DNA of 64,000 nucleotides, taken from the NCBI RefSeq assembly GCF_031769215.1, contig NW_026782138.1:1-64000 (forward strand). Direction: 5' to 3'. The DNA comes from Ylistrum balloti. Taxonomy: Eukaryota. A program made the translations under genes and the position numbers. This document shows, in pieces, positions 12,000 through 23,778 of the stretch (position 1 is its first letter; each line of letters opens with the position of its first letter). The notes beneath the pieces were generated by a model. That model saw nothing but the letters and a program-made list of their open reading frames with translations, made no database searches and had not been told where the DNA came from.

Positions 12000-13821
12000 T
12001 GTTTGAACTTGAGTGTTGCATGGACTGGGTAAGTTTGATCTTGATGCTGAACATGGCCCAAGAAATACAAAATGCACGCAACATGTGGACACATTCCAAC
12101 AGTCCGCTTGCCAGCTGTACAGACACAATAGTAATCTTTGACATGGTTATCTTGATAATTTCTGCCAAACGCAATCCAAACATTGTACTTTGACTGGGAT
12201 TTGTGTCTTGAATGGATTTGGCCTCAGAGAAGACTTTCATTGTGCTGATAGACCCAAACTTTAAAGTCTTCAGCAGGAATCAGATGCTCAGCAATATATC
12301 TGGGTGCTACTTTCAACTGGTATGATCTGCAGGCTATTGTTTCTAAATATTCCATATCCCGTACTGGAAACTCTTTTGAACAGGCATAAAGTTTCACCCA
12401 GTTGGCCTTGTTGTGCCTAGAAAGGTCAAGTTCATCTTCAATCCTTGAGGCCAAGGTGTTGGGCAGCGCTAAATGAGATTGCATTCACTCTGCAAGGTGA
12501 CGGTCCCTCAAGTCCCTCTCTGGTGTGGACACATAAATTGGTCCACGTACAGCATTCAAGGAAGCAGTAGCTACTTTAACCAGTTCCTCTATGACACTAA
12601 GGAAGTAGTTTGAGCTGAGTTGTTCTCTGAACAGTGTCCACTATTTCAGTCGACCATGGTAGCTCTCCACAACCCATCTTTACTTAGTACACTGGCGGTC
12701 CTCGTTGGCAGTAAGTGTATCATGCTGTGTCTGACCTGACAGAAGATAGGAAGGCAGCAGTTCCAACACATCCCTAAACCCCCGCTCAACAATCACATTA
12801 TCATCTTCACTGAGTCAGGTTCTCAACTGTTCCAAGAATTTTTGTCAAGATATTTGCATCATTTTATTGCCATAAAAAGGCCCAATAGTGTCTAGTACAT
12901 AACCATCTGGAAAGACAATGCTCATGAATTTAACATAGTTTCACTTCTTTTGCCCACAGTATGAGGAACTTTGAATGGGTGATCAGCACTTTTTTGAACA
13001 TAAATATAGGTACCATCAAGGATTACAGTTACTTTGTCCCCGTAGAAACATCTTGTAAAGACAGCGTTGTGGCACTTAGCATCCTCGCAGGTAATGTGTC
13101 TTGGACCAAGGAAACGGGGCACAATGGTCTGGCTCAAGGCTATTAAGACACTATGAAATGTGTGAGACACATATTGTTTTATTGTTGGACCACACAAGAC
13201 ACTCAAGTTGAGACCATGAAATATTGGTCATTGAATTTAACCCAGAAAAGAAACAAAGCATGGAATGTAGAGGAACATGATCCTCTATTAATGTGTGAGG
13301 AGCAAATGCTATAAGTTTTCTGCATTTGTTCAAGTGTGTAACCAGTCCATGCATTGAATTCTTCATTTCTGAAATGGTCTACATCTATACCTTTGTTGCT
13401 GGCTAAGTTCAAGAAGGTCATTGATAACCTGATTAGCTCTTTCTTGAAGATGAAGAGCTAACGATTCCCTTGCTTGCAGATCTAGTGGCAAAGAAGGGTT
13501 CAGAAAGTCACCATTTACATGGTCATTGCAAACATGAGCATCAGGGTAACACCATAGAAAACAGACTTCCCGAAAGTTCAAAAAAGGTGTCTGACATTTG
13601 GTCTGACATACCCCACTGTATCTAACTGTACAGTCGCGTACATCGCAAGTGTGACAACTGTAAGGCTGCATCAGTTCGTCGCTAACCAGCACACGAGGCG
13701 ACTGTCTGGCAAGAAAGTGTAAGTAATCCAATAATTTCCCAAAATCTGCTATCAACAACTGGCGAGGGGTGATCACAATAGATGTGTGACTACATTCGCA
13801 TTTTCTGTTAAGCTCACGCAC
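12000..13821 (-). pseudogene. Decayed single-ORF PIF/ISL2EU-related transposase with DDE core and C-terminal SWIM finger
   Basis: - strand fragments: Cys-rich N-terminus (CHTCDVRDC...HVCNDH), VILDGTYIYVQKS (~13030-12990), IVERGFRD (~12800-12770), RWVVES (~12678-12661), SWIM DYYCVCTAGKRTVGMCPHVACILYFL (~12136-12059). Many frameshifts and stops. Confidence 0.75.
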
Positions 13822-14619
13822 CCCTACACAAGCCTATTTTACGATGTTTCCCCCTCGGCATCACTTTGTTTACTTGTGGTTTTCACTGTTCCTCTAGATG
13901 AAAGTGATTGTTTTGATTTAATACGACTATTTGCACTCTGAATGATTTCCGCCACTTGATGTTTATGGTATTGGCTGTTCGTAGGTATATAGAACTCTGA
14001 TTTGTTTGACCTTATAACGAAGTTATTAAGGATGAAACAGATGCACTACACAACAACATTCTGTATCGTTCGTAGCAAAAATATTTTTATGGTCTGTATC
14101 GTCATTTGCTGATTTGCACAGTCCATCGCAATGGAATAGTTCATATTGTTTATATAATAATGATGTGGTAAGTGATGTTTACTTCGTCAAATATATGTTT
14201 CTTGCGGTTCTATGTGGTTTTACTGTTTTCGGGGATACAATTATCAAATGGGTTTGAGGACGATAATAATTTTGTTAGTGTTGATTTACTTTAGGAGATT
14301 CTAATATTTATTATTAAAAAATGTCTAGAGCAAGACATATAGACATCTATTTTAGGGTCTATAACCATTTAATTAACCCTAAATTTGCTTTGGTATTAAG
14401 GTTAGTGTGAGGCTAAATTTGCTTTGGTATTAAGGTTAGTGTGAGGCTGAGGGTTAGGTTAGTTTTCAAGTATTGATAGAATCCCCTACTCATTTCGTCA
14501 TTCCCGAAGCAATAACTATTGCACGACAAATAAAATTGATTTGAAATCGAAATAAAACAATGCAATTCTTCAGAAGTAACAAAGTTGTGTATACGTAATG
14601 ATTATTAAAAGAAATTCAA

Positions 14620-15242
14620 TTCATCCAACAACTATTTCAACATTTTTTAAGATTCTCTAATACTTTCGGGAGGAGATTACAAAGTTCTTTGAGTTCGTCT
14701 GTGTTATTTCCGTCTTCGTTTTCTTCTTTGTCCTTTTCAGTATCTTCTCTGTCCTTTTCAGTATCACTGATAGAGAGATTAAGCATTCCAATAGATATAT
14801 CAAAGTCATCTGCCTCTTCTTTTTCATGGTCAATATGGGATTTTTTGTTACTAGAGTCATCAATATTTAGTTACAACTAAACTTTGGGGTTCTTCATTGT
14901 CACTACAAACATTTTGGGACAAAGATTTCTTCACAGGTGTGTGGATGTTGCAAGCTTTACCTTCTTACAAACGGGACTGAACAACAGACTTGGTATGCTG
15001 AGCTTAGAAATTTTTATCGTTTCTCTATCGTTGTCTTCAACATAGATGAATGAGTCTTGGCGTCGGATATCTTCCGGTATTACTTTGAAATTTTTGGATT
15101 GCCACGCCCTTGCTTTGTTTGCCTCAGACAGAAAAGTTAGCTTTTTGATATTTAGTTCGTTTGAAGGGTGTCGTATCACACAGTGATCTATAATTTCAGA
15201 AAAACCACAGCTGGAGAAGACGCAGTAGTTTGAATTCGTCAA
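14620..15242 (-). pseudogene. N-terminal fragment of an unidentified, probably transposon-encoded protein (C2H2-like start, acidic linker)
   Basis: MTNSNYCVFSSCGFSEIIDHCVIRHP...SKNFKVIP...SPVCKKVKLATST, then after a frameshift an acidic stretch and ELKELCNLLPKVLENLK before truncation. Confidence 0.4.
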
Positions 15243-15855
15243 TACAATAACCGTTTCCTATCATGATGTTACTTATTGTGGTTTGTGATATTTTCAATAG
15301 GCCCTATAAACATAAAATGGTATACATTCCAATTGCGTGTACTAAACACGAACGGTACAGTCGTTTCTACATTCATCAACAATGACGGTACAGTGATTCA
15401 GCAACGAACGATACAGTCGTTCACGTCTGACATGCGTGAGAAAAAGTGCTCAAACTAAATATTTACAACTTTCTGAAGAAAATGCTTTAGTCTGCCAATG
15501 CAGGAATGTTCATCCTACATTGGACGTTGTTCAAATGATTAATGTTGGCTTTAGATGTATAGGAAGAAACGTTTGAATTTGAAGTAAGCTCGATCTTTCT
15601 AGTAAAAGCAACTGATTTTGGCAATATTTTTGTTAAGTTATTACAACAAGAAACAGAAATAAAATTCTTCACTTGGCCATACTAACTGGTATAAATATAC
15701 GAATGTACTCTAAGCTTTACATGCTAAACTGAGCTTTGATATAAGAGAGAGCTTACCTTTTTCTCCGGAAATTTCCCCAGTGGACGCCATTGCGATGAAC
15801 TGATGCCGCCTTACAGTTGTCACACTTCCGATGTACGCGACTGTACGGTTAGATA

Positions 15856-17391
15856 CAGTGTACCCTGTTAAACTGTTGGACCGAAACAAAATCTGTCGGA
15901 CCGAACAAAATTAAACAAAAACAAAGGAAAACGTTTATTTAATTTTTCATTTACATTCTTGTCAAAACTATTTCTACATTCATATTTATTCTCTGCTGAA
16001 TTTCATTAACTTAATAAAGTTTAATAGTTCATCTTGAAAGTCAAAGCACTCTTCTTCAATATCTGGATCAGAATCTTTATCGCACAGAATGTTAATGTCC
16101 CTTTCAAGGGACATATAAGAAGACTCTGTCACTTCAATAACTTCTTCCTGTGCCTCAGAGATACTGAGCTTCAAACCAGTTGGCTTGATGACATCCTCCT
16201 CCTGTCATCTGACTCTTGACTAATTTGAGGGTCTTGTGACCCTGATCTTTGTTTGACATCTTCAGTATCAGACTCAGACTGAATGACAACAGATTGTTGT
16301 GATTCTAAAGTCACCTTCTTTTCCTTGCATCTGTATGTTGTTCTTCTTCCCATCACAGATCCAGCCTAAAAATATCAGTATTGTACAAAATTAAGTACAT
16401 GTAATTTAATCACCTGAAAGTTGAATTATATAAAAAAAATCTAACAACCCTAACAATAACTTCAAAGTATAACATCAAAACAGTAGGTTCATTTTTGTCT
16501 CTTCTTTTGTAATTACAATTATATCCACTACTCTTATGATAATGTAAGTGATCTATTACAACTGATTTGAAATGAGTTATTTCAGGAAATTTACTAGCCA
16601 GGTGTCCATAGCATCATCTGAATTAAACTCCACAATTTTTGTGGATTCCTGTTTCACAATCACAAGGTCATTCAGCAATGTTGATCCCAGATGAGAGCAT
16701 CTACATGTTTTCAGCAGTTTTAGTTGGGAGACTGCCAATGTCTATCTGTTTGGCTCTGTCAATATAACAAAGCCAGATATGATCTGTTAAGGGACAATTA
16801 TTTTTTGCTATTGCATGGGCATTTTAAAACAAATTCACTATTCTGTTTTTTTCTGCCTGCTTCAGTTTTTAAGGGCTCTGCCAGCAACTGACTGGACTTT
16901 TTTCACAGGAGTTCTCGTTTTATTTTGCATGTGGATATGCACTCTTGATTTCTCATGATCCTCAACTGTAGATGCCCTGAAATTTGTGCAACCAAGAATA
17001 AACATGTTTGTATTTCTCAGACTCTTTTCAGTTGTAATTTTCTCGCTGTAAAAATTGGCATGGTCCGTGCAGCACATTATCACCTTCATTGAGTTGTACA
17101 CCAACCATTCTTGGCCCTGCTGCCATTTTTCATTAAATTTTCTCTCAGGTCTCTTCTTTTCATACTGGTTTTTCTTTTCTGTGCGCTCCACTGCCGTATA
17201 TTTTCGTTTTTCCCAGGTTTGGCACCTTCCTAATACTTTTGCGACACCATTTTGTGTACATGCGATTATAAATGCCAGACAATCGGACCGATCCGTATTT
17301 AAAAAACGTCGGACCTTGTAAAAATTTATCGGTCATGTCCGTAAAAATTTATCGGTCACGTCCGTTGGACCGACGTATTTCTGGAAGTCTG
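15856..17391 (-). mobile_element. Internally deleted hAT transposon (ZNF862-like transposase relic)
   Basis: Terminus CAGACTTCCAGAAATACGTCGGTCC on - at 17391, with GGACCGA/TCGGTC subterminal repeats at both ends (17280-17380, 15875-15905). N-terminal TTF-type zinc finger RKFNEKW...WLVY...MCC...F..GCTNFR.STVEDHEKS..H (17191-16862). Dimerisation-domain tail QLKLLKTCRCSHLGSTLLNDL...FNSDDAMDTW (~16735-16595). The other terminus is degraded and no TSD was found. Confidence 0.75.
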
Positions 17392-17836
17392 GAAAATGGA
17401 AAAATATCAAGTCTGTCCTGGCACGCTGGGGTATAGTGCAAGGCCCAGTGCCCTCTTTTCCACATATGACACATCTTTTATGTGAACTGCCAACATAAAA
17501 TAATTTCTCAACAGAGATTAGTGGTAGTTGGTTGGATGACATGAAATCAGTGGAAGCATCATCTGCATCATTCGCCTGGTCATCTGGAGTGCTCATACCA
17601 GAAAGTTCATACAATTAAGACTGCAATGGCCTTTGCTTGAGGTACCGCTTGTAGCACTTTCCACATAATATGCTTTCTTCTGTAATACTAATGATCCCGG
17701 CAGTCAGCAGATGGTGCAGCCAGTTATACTGGGGTAAATATACATGTCTTACTTGAGTTTGGGCTCCTTGAGATAAATTTTTCAACCTGGTTTTGCAACC
17801 ACAACCAATGCACACGTCTGACATGATTATTAGCAA
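17392..17836 (-). pseudogene. N-terminal fragment of a second DDE+SWIM (ISL2EU-related) transposase, cut by the hAT insertion
   Basis: MSDVCIGCGC...ILCGKCYKRY* then LFYVGSSHKRCVICGK...IPQRARTDL. This matches the Cys-rich N-terminal architecture of the relic at 12000-13821; the reading ends at the hAT terminus. Confidence 0.55.
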
Positions 17837-19919
17837 ACTTGTTAGGAGATTTGCAGTAATTTGAATTTGATACAGAATGTCCTGACATAAGTGTAACTTA
17901 GTCTTTGTAATTGTCTATAGATACTTAACAAAACTAGTATGAATACTTTATACTAATACCTTTATATGTTTCAGGAAATTAACATACTTGCACATTCAGG
18001 TGTCAGACAAGGTTATCATTTCTGGCCCCATTTATTAACTATTAATTAGAATATCTAACTAATTTATATCCAATATTGTTATGTTTAATGATAAACGAAG
18101 AAAAGTGGAATGACGATAACATATTATCAGTAATACTGATTATTTAATCGTTTAGTTTTTTATAATACAAACTAAATTGTCAGTTTTTCTTTAGAGGATA
18201 AATTTCTAGTGCATAAAACACCATGTCCAGTTATACCTTCTGAATTTAATTTTAAAAGAAATACAAAATACTTAATGTGCTTTGGTACTACACAAAACTG
18301 GTAAATATAGCAGTATTTGCCACAAAAAACAACAAAAATCTTATCTTGATTATTGCAAATTATGCAATAAGCATGATTAAATTGCTAAAAATATGTTTCA
18401 CTTGTTTTGAAATCACTTAAAATTTATTCAATAGACAGCATATATATGTAGAAAGTTTTTAAAGAAGTATGAAATATAGACTGAGATTGCAACTGTACAA
18501 AATGAACTTGACAAACTTTGATATATTCTTTATTTTGTGAAAATTTTGCAGTTTTTTAAAATCAAAGTTATCAATATGCTTACATTTTTATGCCAATATA
18601 ACATATGTGGTATCAAAATAACGGATATTTTATGTACTTTGATTGGTATATAAATATTTTCATTTAAAAGTCTTATGTAGCAAGAATTTCTCATTATGTT
18701 AGGGTACCTTTGTCTCTCAACCTGGTGTTGTACAAGGAGGTCCAGCATGACTATAAGTAGTTATAATGACCAATCATTTATGCTGTTGTAGGTTATTTTC
18801 ATGTATCTAAATATGGCGAAAAAATCATAGAAATCTATGTGGGGGCCAAATGTTGACCCCACCTTTGGTCTGAAGCATCCTTGGGTGAACAAATTTTGTT
18901 AAAAAAAGTTGGGTGTCGATCTTTCCTCCAAGGGCTGATGGGCAGAGCCTGTAAGGAAACTATTGTGAATTCTTTAAAATCCTACTCTTGCTGTAGGAAT
19001 GGTTGGGTTTTGACCAAATTTGGTTTGAAGCATTCTTGAGCGAAAGGGAATCAATTCTGTATAAATGTCTGGTTTCTGCCCCAAGGGCCTAGAAAACTGT
19101 AAGTGTTGGATTTGGCTGCTCAACCGGTGATGGACCCTTCCGGGAATATAGCCCGGTCACCAGACAGTAGCGTGTCTTGATTCAATTTTACATACTGTAC
19201 TTTACATATTATTTAGAAGTGTTAAGTGGTATTGTGCATGAATGTGTTTTCCATGATATGTTGGGATTTAAGGACTAATAATAAGGTAGTTGAGATGTCT
19301 CGTGTTTTCTTCTCTTTAAACCAACATTTATGAAAACACTTTATCAGACTAATGTGAGAAAACTTTGATTAAGACATTAAGACAAGTACTGTTCATTCAT
19401 ATATAAATGTATTCTTTTGTATTTATTTAATTTGCTCGTGTTTTACTATTTATACACAACTAAAAATACACCATATTTTTTCTCTTTTATTATTATTTTT
19501 AAACTATACACCTACTTCCGTTTTTCTAACTTTAGAGTGTAGGCCTATTCTAGTTAACATATATATCGCTGGTAATTTTCTGTTTAATATTAGTGTTCCG
19601 ATTTTTTTTGCGGAATGAGATTCTACTTTTCTGTTTTCGGTAGGTGCTTGGTGAAAGTCTATCCTATGCTTTATCTAAGGACTATGTCTACCGGTAATTT
19701 TGTAAATCTAAATAATTTTTCTCGTGGCTTTGCTGTTTCACACAGATCTTGGTTATTTCTAACTTTTCAGGAATTGCGAACCCACTCACTAGTCTACTTC
19801 TTTTTTTAAGGATGCTGAGTTGCTAAATTGTTGTTGACTTGGACCTGTATAGTAACTTTTATTCTGGGTATTTATTCCCTTTCTTTCTGTTGCTCTTCTT
19901 TATATTTTATTCACTTTAT

Positions 19920-21320
19920 CATGGACTGGCATAGACCTCTCTACGTTAGAAGTTTGGGTTTCATTTTTGACAGCTAGGTTTTTCTCCTCCAGTCCTTGCA
20001 ACTGATTTCATAACAAATTTAAGTGCAAACTGTCAGGGTCTACAAGATCGTTTTAAATGAAAGGATGTTTTTCAATTAATGAAAAGTGAATCTTATGATA
20101 TGTTTTGTCTTCAAGACACCTATTTTATGAGAGAAAATGAAAATATGTACAGAAGTGAATGGGGCTTATGATCCTAATCAGGATAGACCTGTTTTTTTTC
20201 AGTAATATAACTGAAGTTATTGAAGATGTTGGAAATGATGATGTTGTTATTTGCGGTGATTTTAATTTAGTATTGAAACCTGAGATTGATTGTGACAGTA
20301 AGTAAAAAACTATTAATAATCCAAAAGCTAAGGGAAAAAAAGGGGGAATTATGGAAAATTAGTAGATATTTTTTGATAACAACATGAAGATTCAAAAAGA
20401 TATACTTGGAGAAAGAATAATCCTATTAAACAGGCAAGGTTAGAGTTTTTCCTTTTTGCAGATAGTTTATTACCTAGTATTGTACGTTCTTCCATAGACC
20501 CTGGTTATAAATCAGATTATTCATTCCCAAAAATCAGTACAAAATTCAATAAATTTAGGAAAGGTAACAGTCTCTGGAAATTCAACAATTCTCTTTTACA
20601 GGATATGGTATATCTGAAAATGGTTAAGACCTGTATTGATGATATTGCCTTCCTGTCTACCACTTAGATAATACAGTGTTGTATTTAAAAAGTTTTAGAC
20701 TCAGAATTGCAATTTACGGTTAATGATCAGTTGGTTTTAGAGGTGCTTTTGATGGCAATCAGGGGGAAATCAGTTGCTTATTCATCTTATTTGGACAAAA
20801 CCAGAAATAGTGGAGAAAGTAATCTCAAGAAATATATACAGGAAGTAGAGGATAGGGATGATACTGATACTGTCGAGCTTACAAATAAGAAAAAGAACTT
20901 GAAGCTATCAAGTTATACAATATACAATCACACTGAACATCTTCATATTATGCATGGAAATTTTAGCAATTAGTATAAGAGAAAACAAAAATATAAATTG
21001 TATATCTGTGGTGATTTTCCAATACGTTTGTCCAAGTTATAAATATTTTATGAAAAATAATGAAATTCCTTCAGGTAGAAAGAAATGGGTTTAACAGTTT
21101 AATTCGAAGATTCAACATGGACAAGTATTTTCTTGTTACAATTAAAGTTACTAATTATTCTTAACTTCAGTAGTTTCAGTATAGAGTTCTACATTACATT
21201 TTGACCACAAATTCATTTTTGTACCAGGGAAAACTGTAACACATATACTGTGTTAACATACCGTAGCTTTGTCTATGTTAGTCCATCTCTCTCTTTCCAT
21301 TAAATTGATATAAAAAAAAA
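19920..21320 (+). mobile_element. Internally deleted, decayed Tx1/L1-clade non-LTR retrotransposon (ORF2 endonuclease + 3' end)
   Basis: SANCQGL, FCLQDTYF (20104-20127), VICGDFNLVL (~20248-20277), YTWRKNNPIKQARL, LWKFNNSLL, LMAIRGKSVAYS. Jumps to a C-terminal FQYRVLH.ILTTNSFL (~21175-21222); A-run at ~21312-21320. Confidence 0.8.
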
Positions 21321-21580
21321 GACATGTTTTTGATTATGTGCCTATGCAAATATAGGGATATTTATCTTTAGTGGTATAGTGGTGTAATGCTAGTTTACTG
21401 TTTTTCTATTATTATTCTTGAGTATACCTACAATCTCTTTGGAAGGTAATGTATACGATCGTAACAATAATGTCAATTATGATAACATATATTTTTATGA
21501 GTCCATAATTAATATTTACCAAATGATGACTGAATGAAGCCTGTGTATGGATGATGATGATGATAGTGAATGATTGCAGC

Positions 21581-22192
21581 ATGTCTGTGTATGATGATAG
21601 TGGTGTTAAGTGCAGCATGCCTATGTATGATGATGGTGATGTTATGTGCAGCATGCTTATGTATGATGAAGGTGGTTTTAAGTGCAGCTTGCCTATATAT
21701 GGTGATGGTGGTGTTAAGTGCAGCATGCCTATGTATGGTGATGGTGGTGTTAAGTACAGCATGCCTATGTATGATGATGGTGATGTTATGTGCAGCATAC
21801 TTATGTATGATGAAGGTGGTTTTAAGTGCAGCTTGCCTATAAATGGTGATGGTGGTGTTAAGTGCAGCATGCCTATGTATGGTGATGGTGGTGTTAAGTG
21901 CAGCATGCCTATGTATGATGAAGGTGGTTTTAAGTGCAGCTTGCCTATATATGGTGATGGTGGTGTTAAGTGCAGCATGCCTATGTATGATGATGGTGAT
22001 GTTATGTGCAGCATGCTTATGTATGATGAAGGTGGTTTTAAGTGCAGCTTGCCTATATATGGTGATTGTGATGTTAAGTGCAGCATGCCTATGTATGGTG
22101 ATTGTGATGTTAAGTGCAGCATGCCTATGTATGGTGATTGTGATGTTAAGTGCAGCATGCCTATGTATGGTGATTGTGATGTTAAGTGCAGC
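21581..22192. repeat. 36-bp minisatellite, 17 units, with higher-order variant pattern
   Basis: Unit ATGCCTATGTATGGTGATGGTGGTGTTAAGTGCAGC and variants (translating as MPMYGDGGVKCS-type 12-mers). Confidence 0.95.
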
Positions 22193-22393
22193 TTGCCTGA
22201 AAGTGATAAAGTAGAAGAATGATGATGGCTACTGCTTTACTACTAGTGTAAAAGTGGTGTTGATAATTGGGGCATGTTAACATCTGATGATGAAAATATT
22301 GATGATGATTATTGTCTTTGAAGAGGTGTAATGTTGCTGATCTTTGTGAGTGTGTTCTAACATAAGTATGATTGTCGTTTCTCTAAAACTTGT

Positions 22394-22627
22394 GATGCTG
22401 GTGATGTTGGTATATGTCTGATGTTGGGGTATGATGCTGGTGATGTTGGTATGTGTCTGATGTTGGGGTGTGATGCTGGTGATGTTGGTATGTGTCTGAT
22501 GTTGGGGTGTGATGCTGGTGATGTTGGTATGTGTCTGATGTTGGGGTGTGATGCTGGTGATGTTGGTATGTGTCTGATGTTGGGGTGTGATGCTGGCGAT
22601 GTTGGTATGTGTCTGATGTTGGGGTGT
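22394..22627. repeat. 39-bp minisatellite, 6 units
   Basis: Unit GATGCTGGTGATGTTGGTATGTGTCTGATGTTGGGGTGT. Confidence 0.95.
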
Positions 22628-22984
22628 GATTATGCTGATGTTGAGTGGATGATGTTGCTGATTTCTAATGATGATGCTAAAGTTAATTATGTTGGCTATC
22701 TTTCTAGAAGTTTTGATGTTTCTGATGGTGGTCTGTGATGAAATTGATATGCAGAGATGCTGATGGTGATGTACTGGGATTATGCTGATGATAATGATGA
22801 CTGTTGCCTTTCTATGAGGTGTGATATGTTGTTGATACTAATGTGTGTGATCATGGCTTGCTGCTGTTAATGTGAAGGTGCTGATATTGATGTGCGATGG
22901 TGCTGATAACGATGATTGTAGCAGGACTATATTTATGTGAATGTGGACTAAATGTAATTAAAACCCTATACATGTAGATAATTT

Positions 22985-23565
22985 ATTCTCTTACCCTGGA
23001 CAGGGATAGTTTTTAACGGTTTGAGATTTCTCGATCTCACCCTAGGGTTGAGACAAGCTACACGCGCTCCTTGTGCGTTCTCAACAATAATGTGACGTCA
23101 CTATCTTGACCCGTAAGTGGAACTTGACATGTAAATGACGTCATTGTAAAATAACGATTTAATAATATGTGTTGATTTTGTGTATATATTGAAGTTATCT
23201 CATCCATACTTTCACATTAAAATTGTTTTAGTAATATTATGCCTTTTTATGTTTTACTGTACCGTTACTGGGAATTACATTTTTGTGCGGGATATCACAA
23301 TTAAGCGTGACACGGCTGAGACGGCCTCATCACTATATTCATACGTTGTCTATGAGTTTTTGTTTACAAACATTCTATTTCGTATTTACAATCAGCGGTG
23401 GAACAGGGTAAGAGAAAAATAATCATTCACCCCCTTTGGGATGAGACGGGGATCTCAACCCTCGGGTGGATTATTAAGCTGTCAAACACGAGGCTTACTT
23501 AATAACCCCCCCCTTGGGTTGAGATCCCCCTGTCTCACCCCAAAGGGTGTGAAAGATTCTATTAG
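22985..23565. mobile_element. Palindromic non-autonomous element, Crypton-like MITE
   Basis: TTCTCTTACCCTG (~22987) inverted to CAGGGTAAGAGAA (~23404). A long hairpin pairs TTCACCCCCTTTGGGATGAGAC...GATCTCAACC with GGTTGAGATC...GTCTCACCCCAAAGGGTGTGAA (~23425-23555) around GTCAAACACGAGGC. Family assignment is from recalled resemblance only. Confidence 0.5.
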
Positions 23566-23778
23566 TGATCAATATATAATAACATGTGTCTTGAACGAAT
23601 AAAAAAAAAGTTTTAATGATAACAATGATATATGTTTATACGTACAAGATTATATAACAAATGAAATCTGGTCATTTTCAATAACATTATCTAATGTAAC
23701 AATTTAACGATGATATCTGTCAGACACTATTTATGTAACTTAGATTGTAAATGTAACAACACGTACATGTAATACAAA

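Noticed and set aside
15487-15830. Possible spliced mini-gene on - (MASTGEISGEK|GTAAG)
   Set aside because: A good-looking donor, but the downstream candidate exon has stops in the required frame and no identifiable domain.
21412-22738. ORFs of 248, 123, 90 and 105 aa over the minisatellites as genes
   Set aside because: They are open frames produced by stop-free tandem units on both strands; no splice or signal-peptide support.
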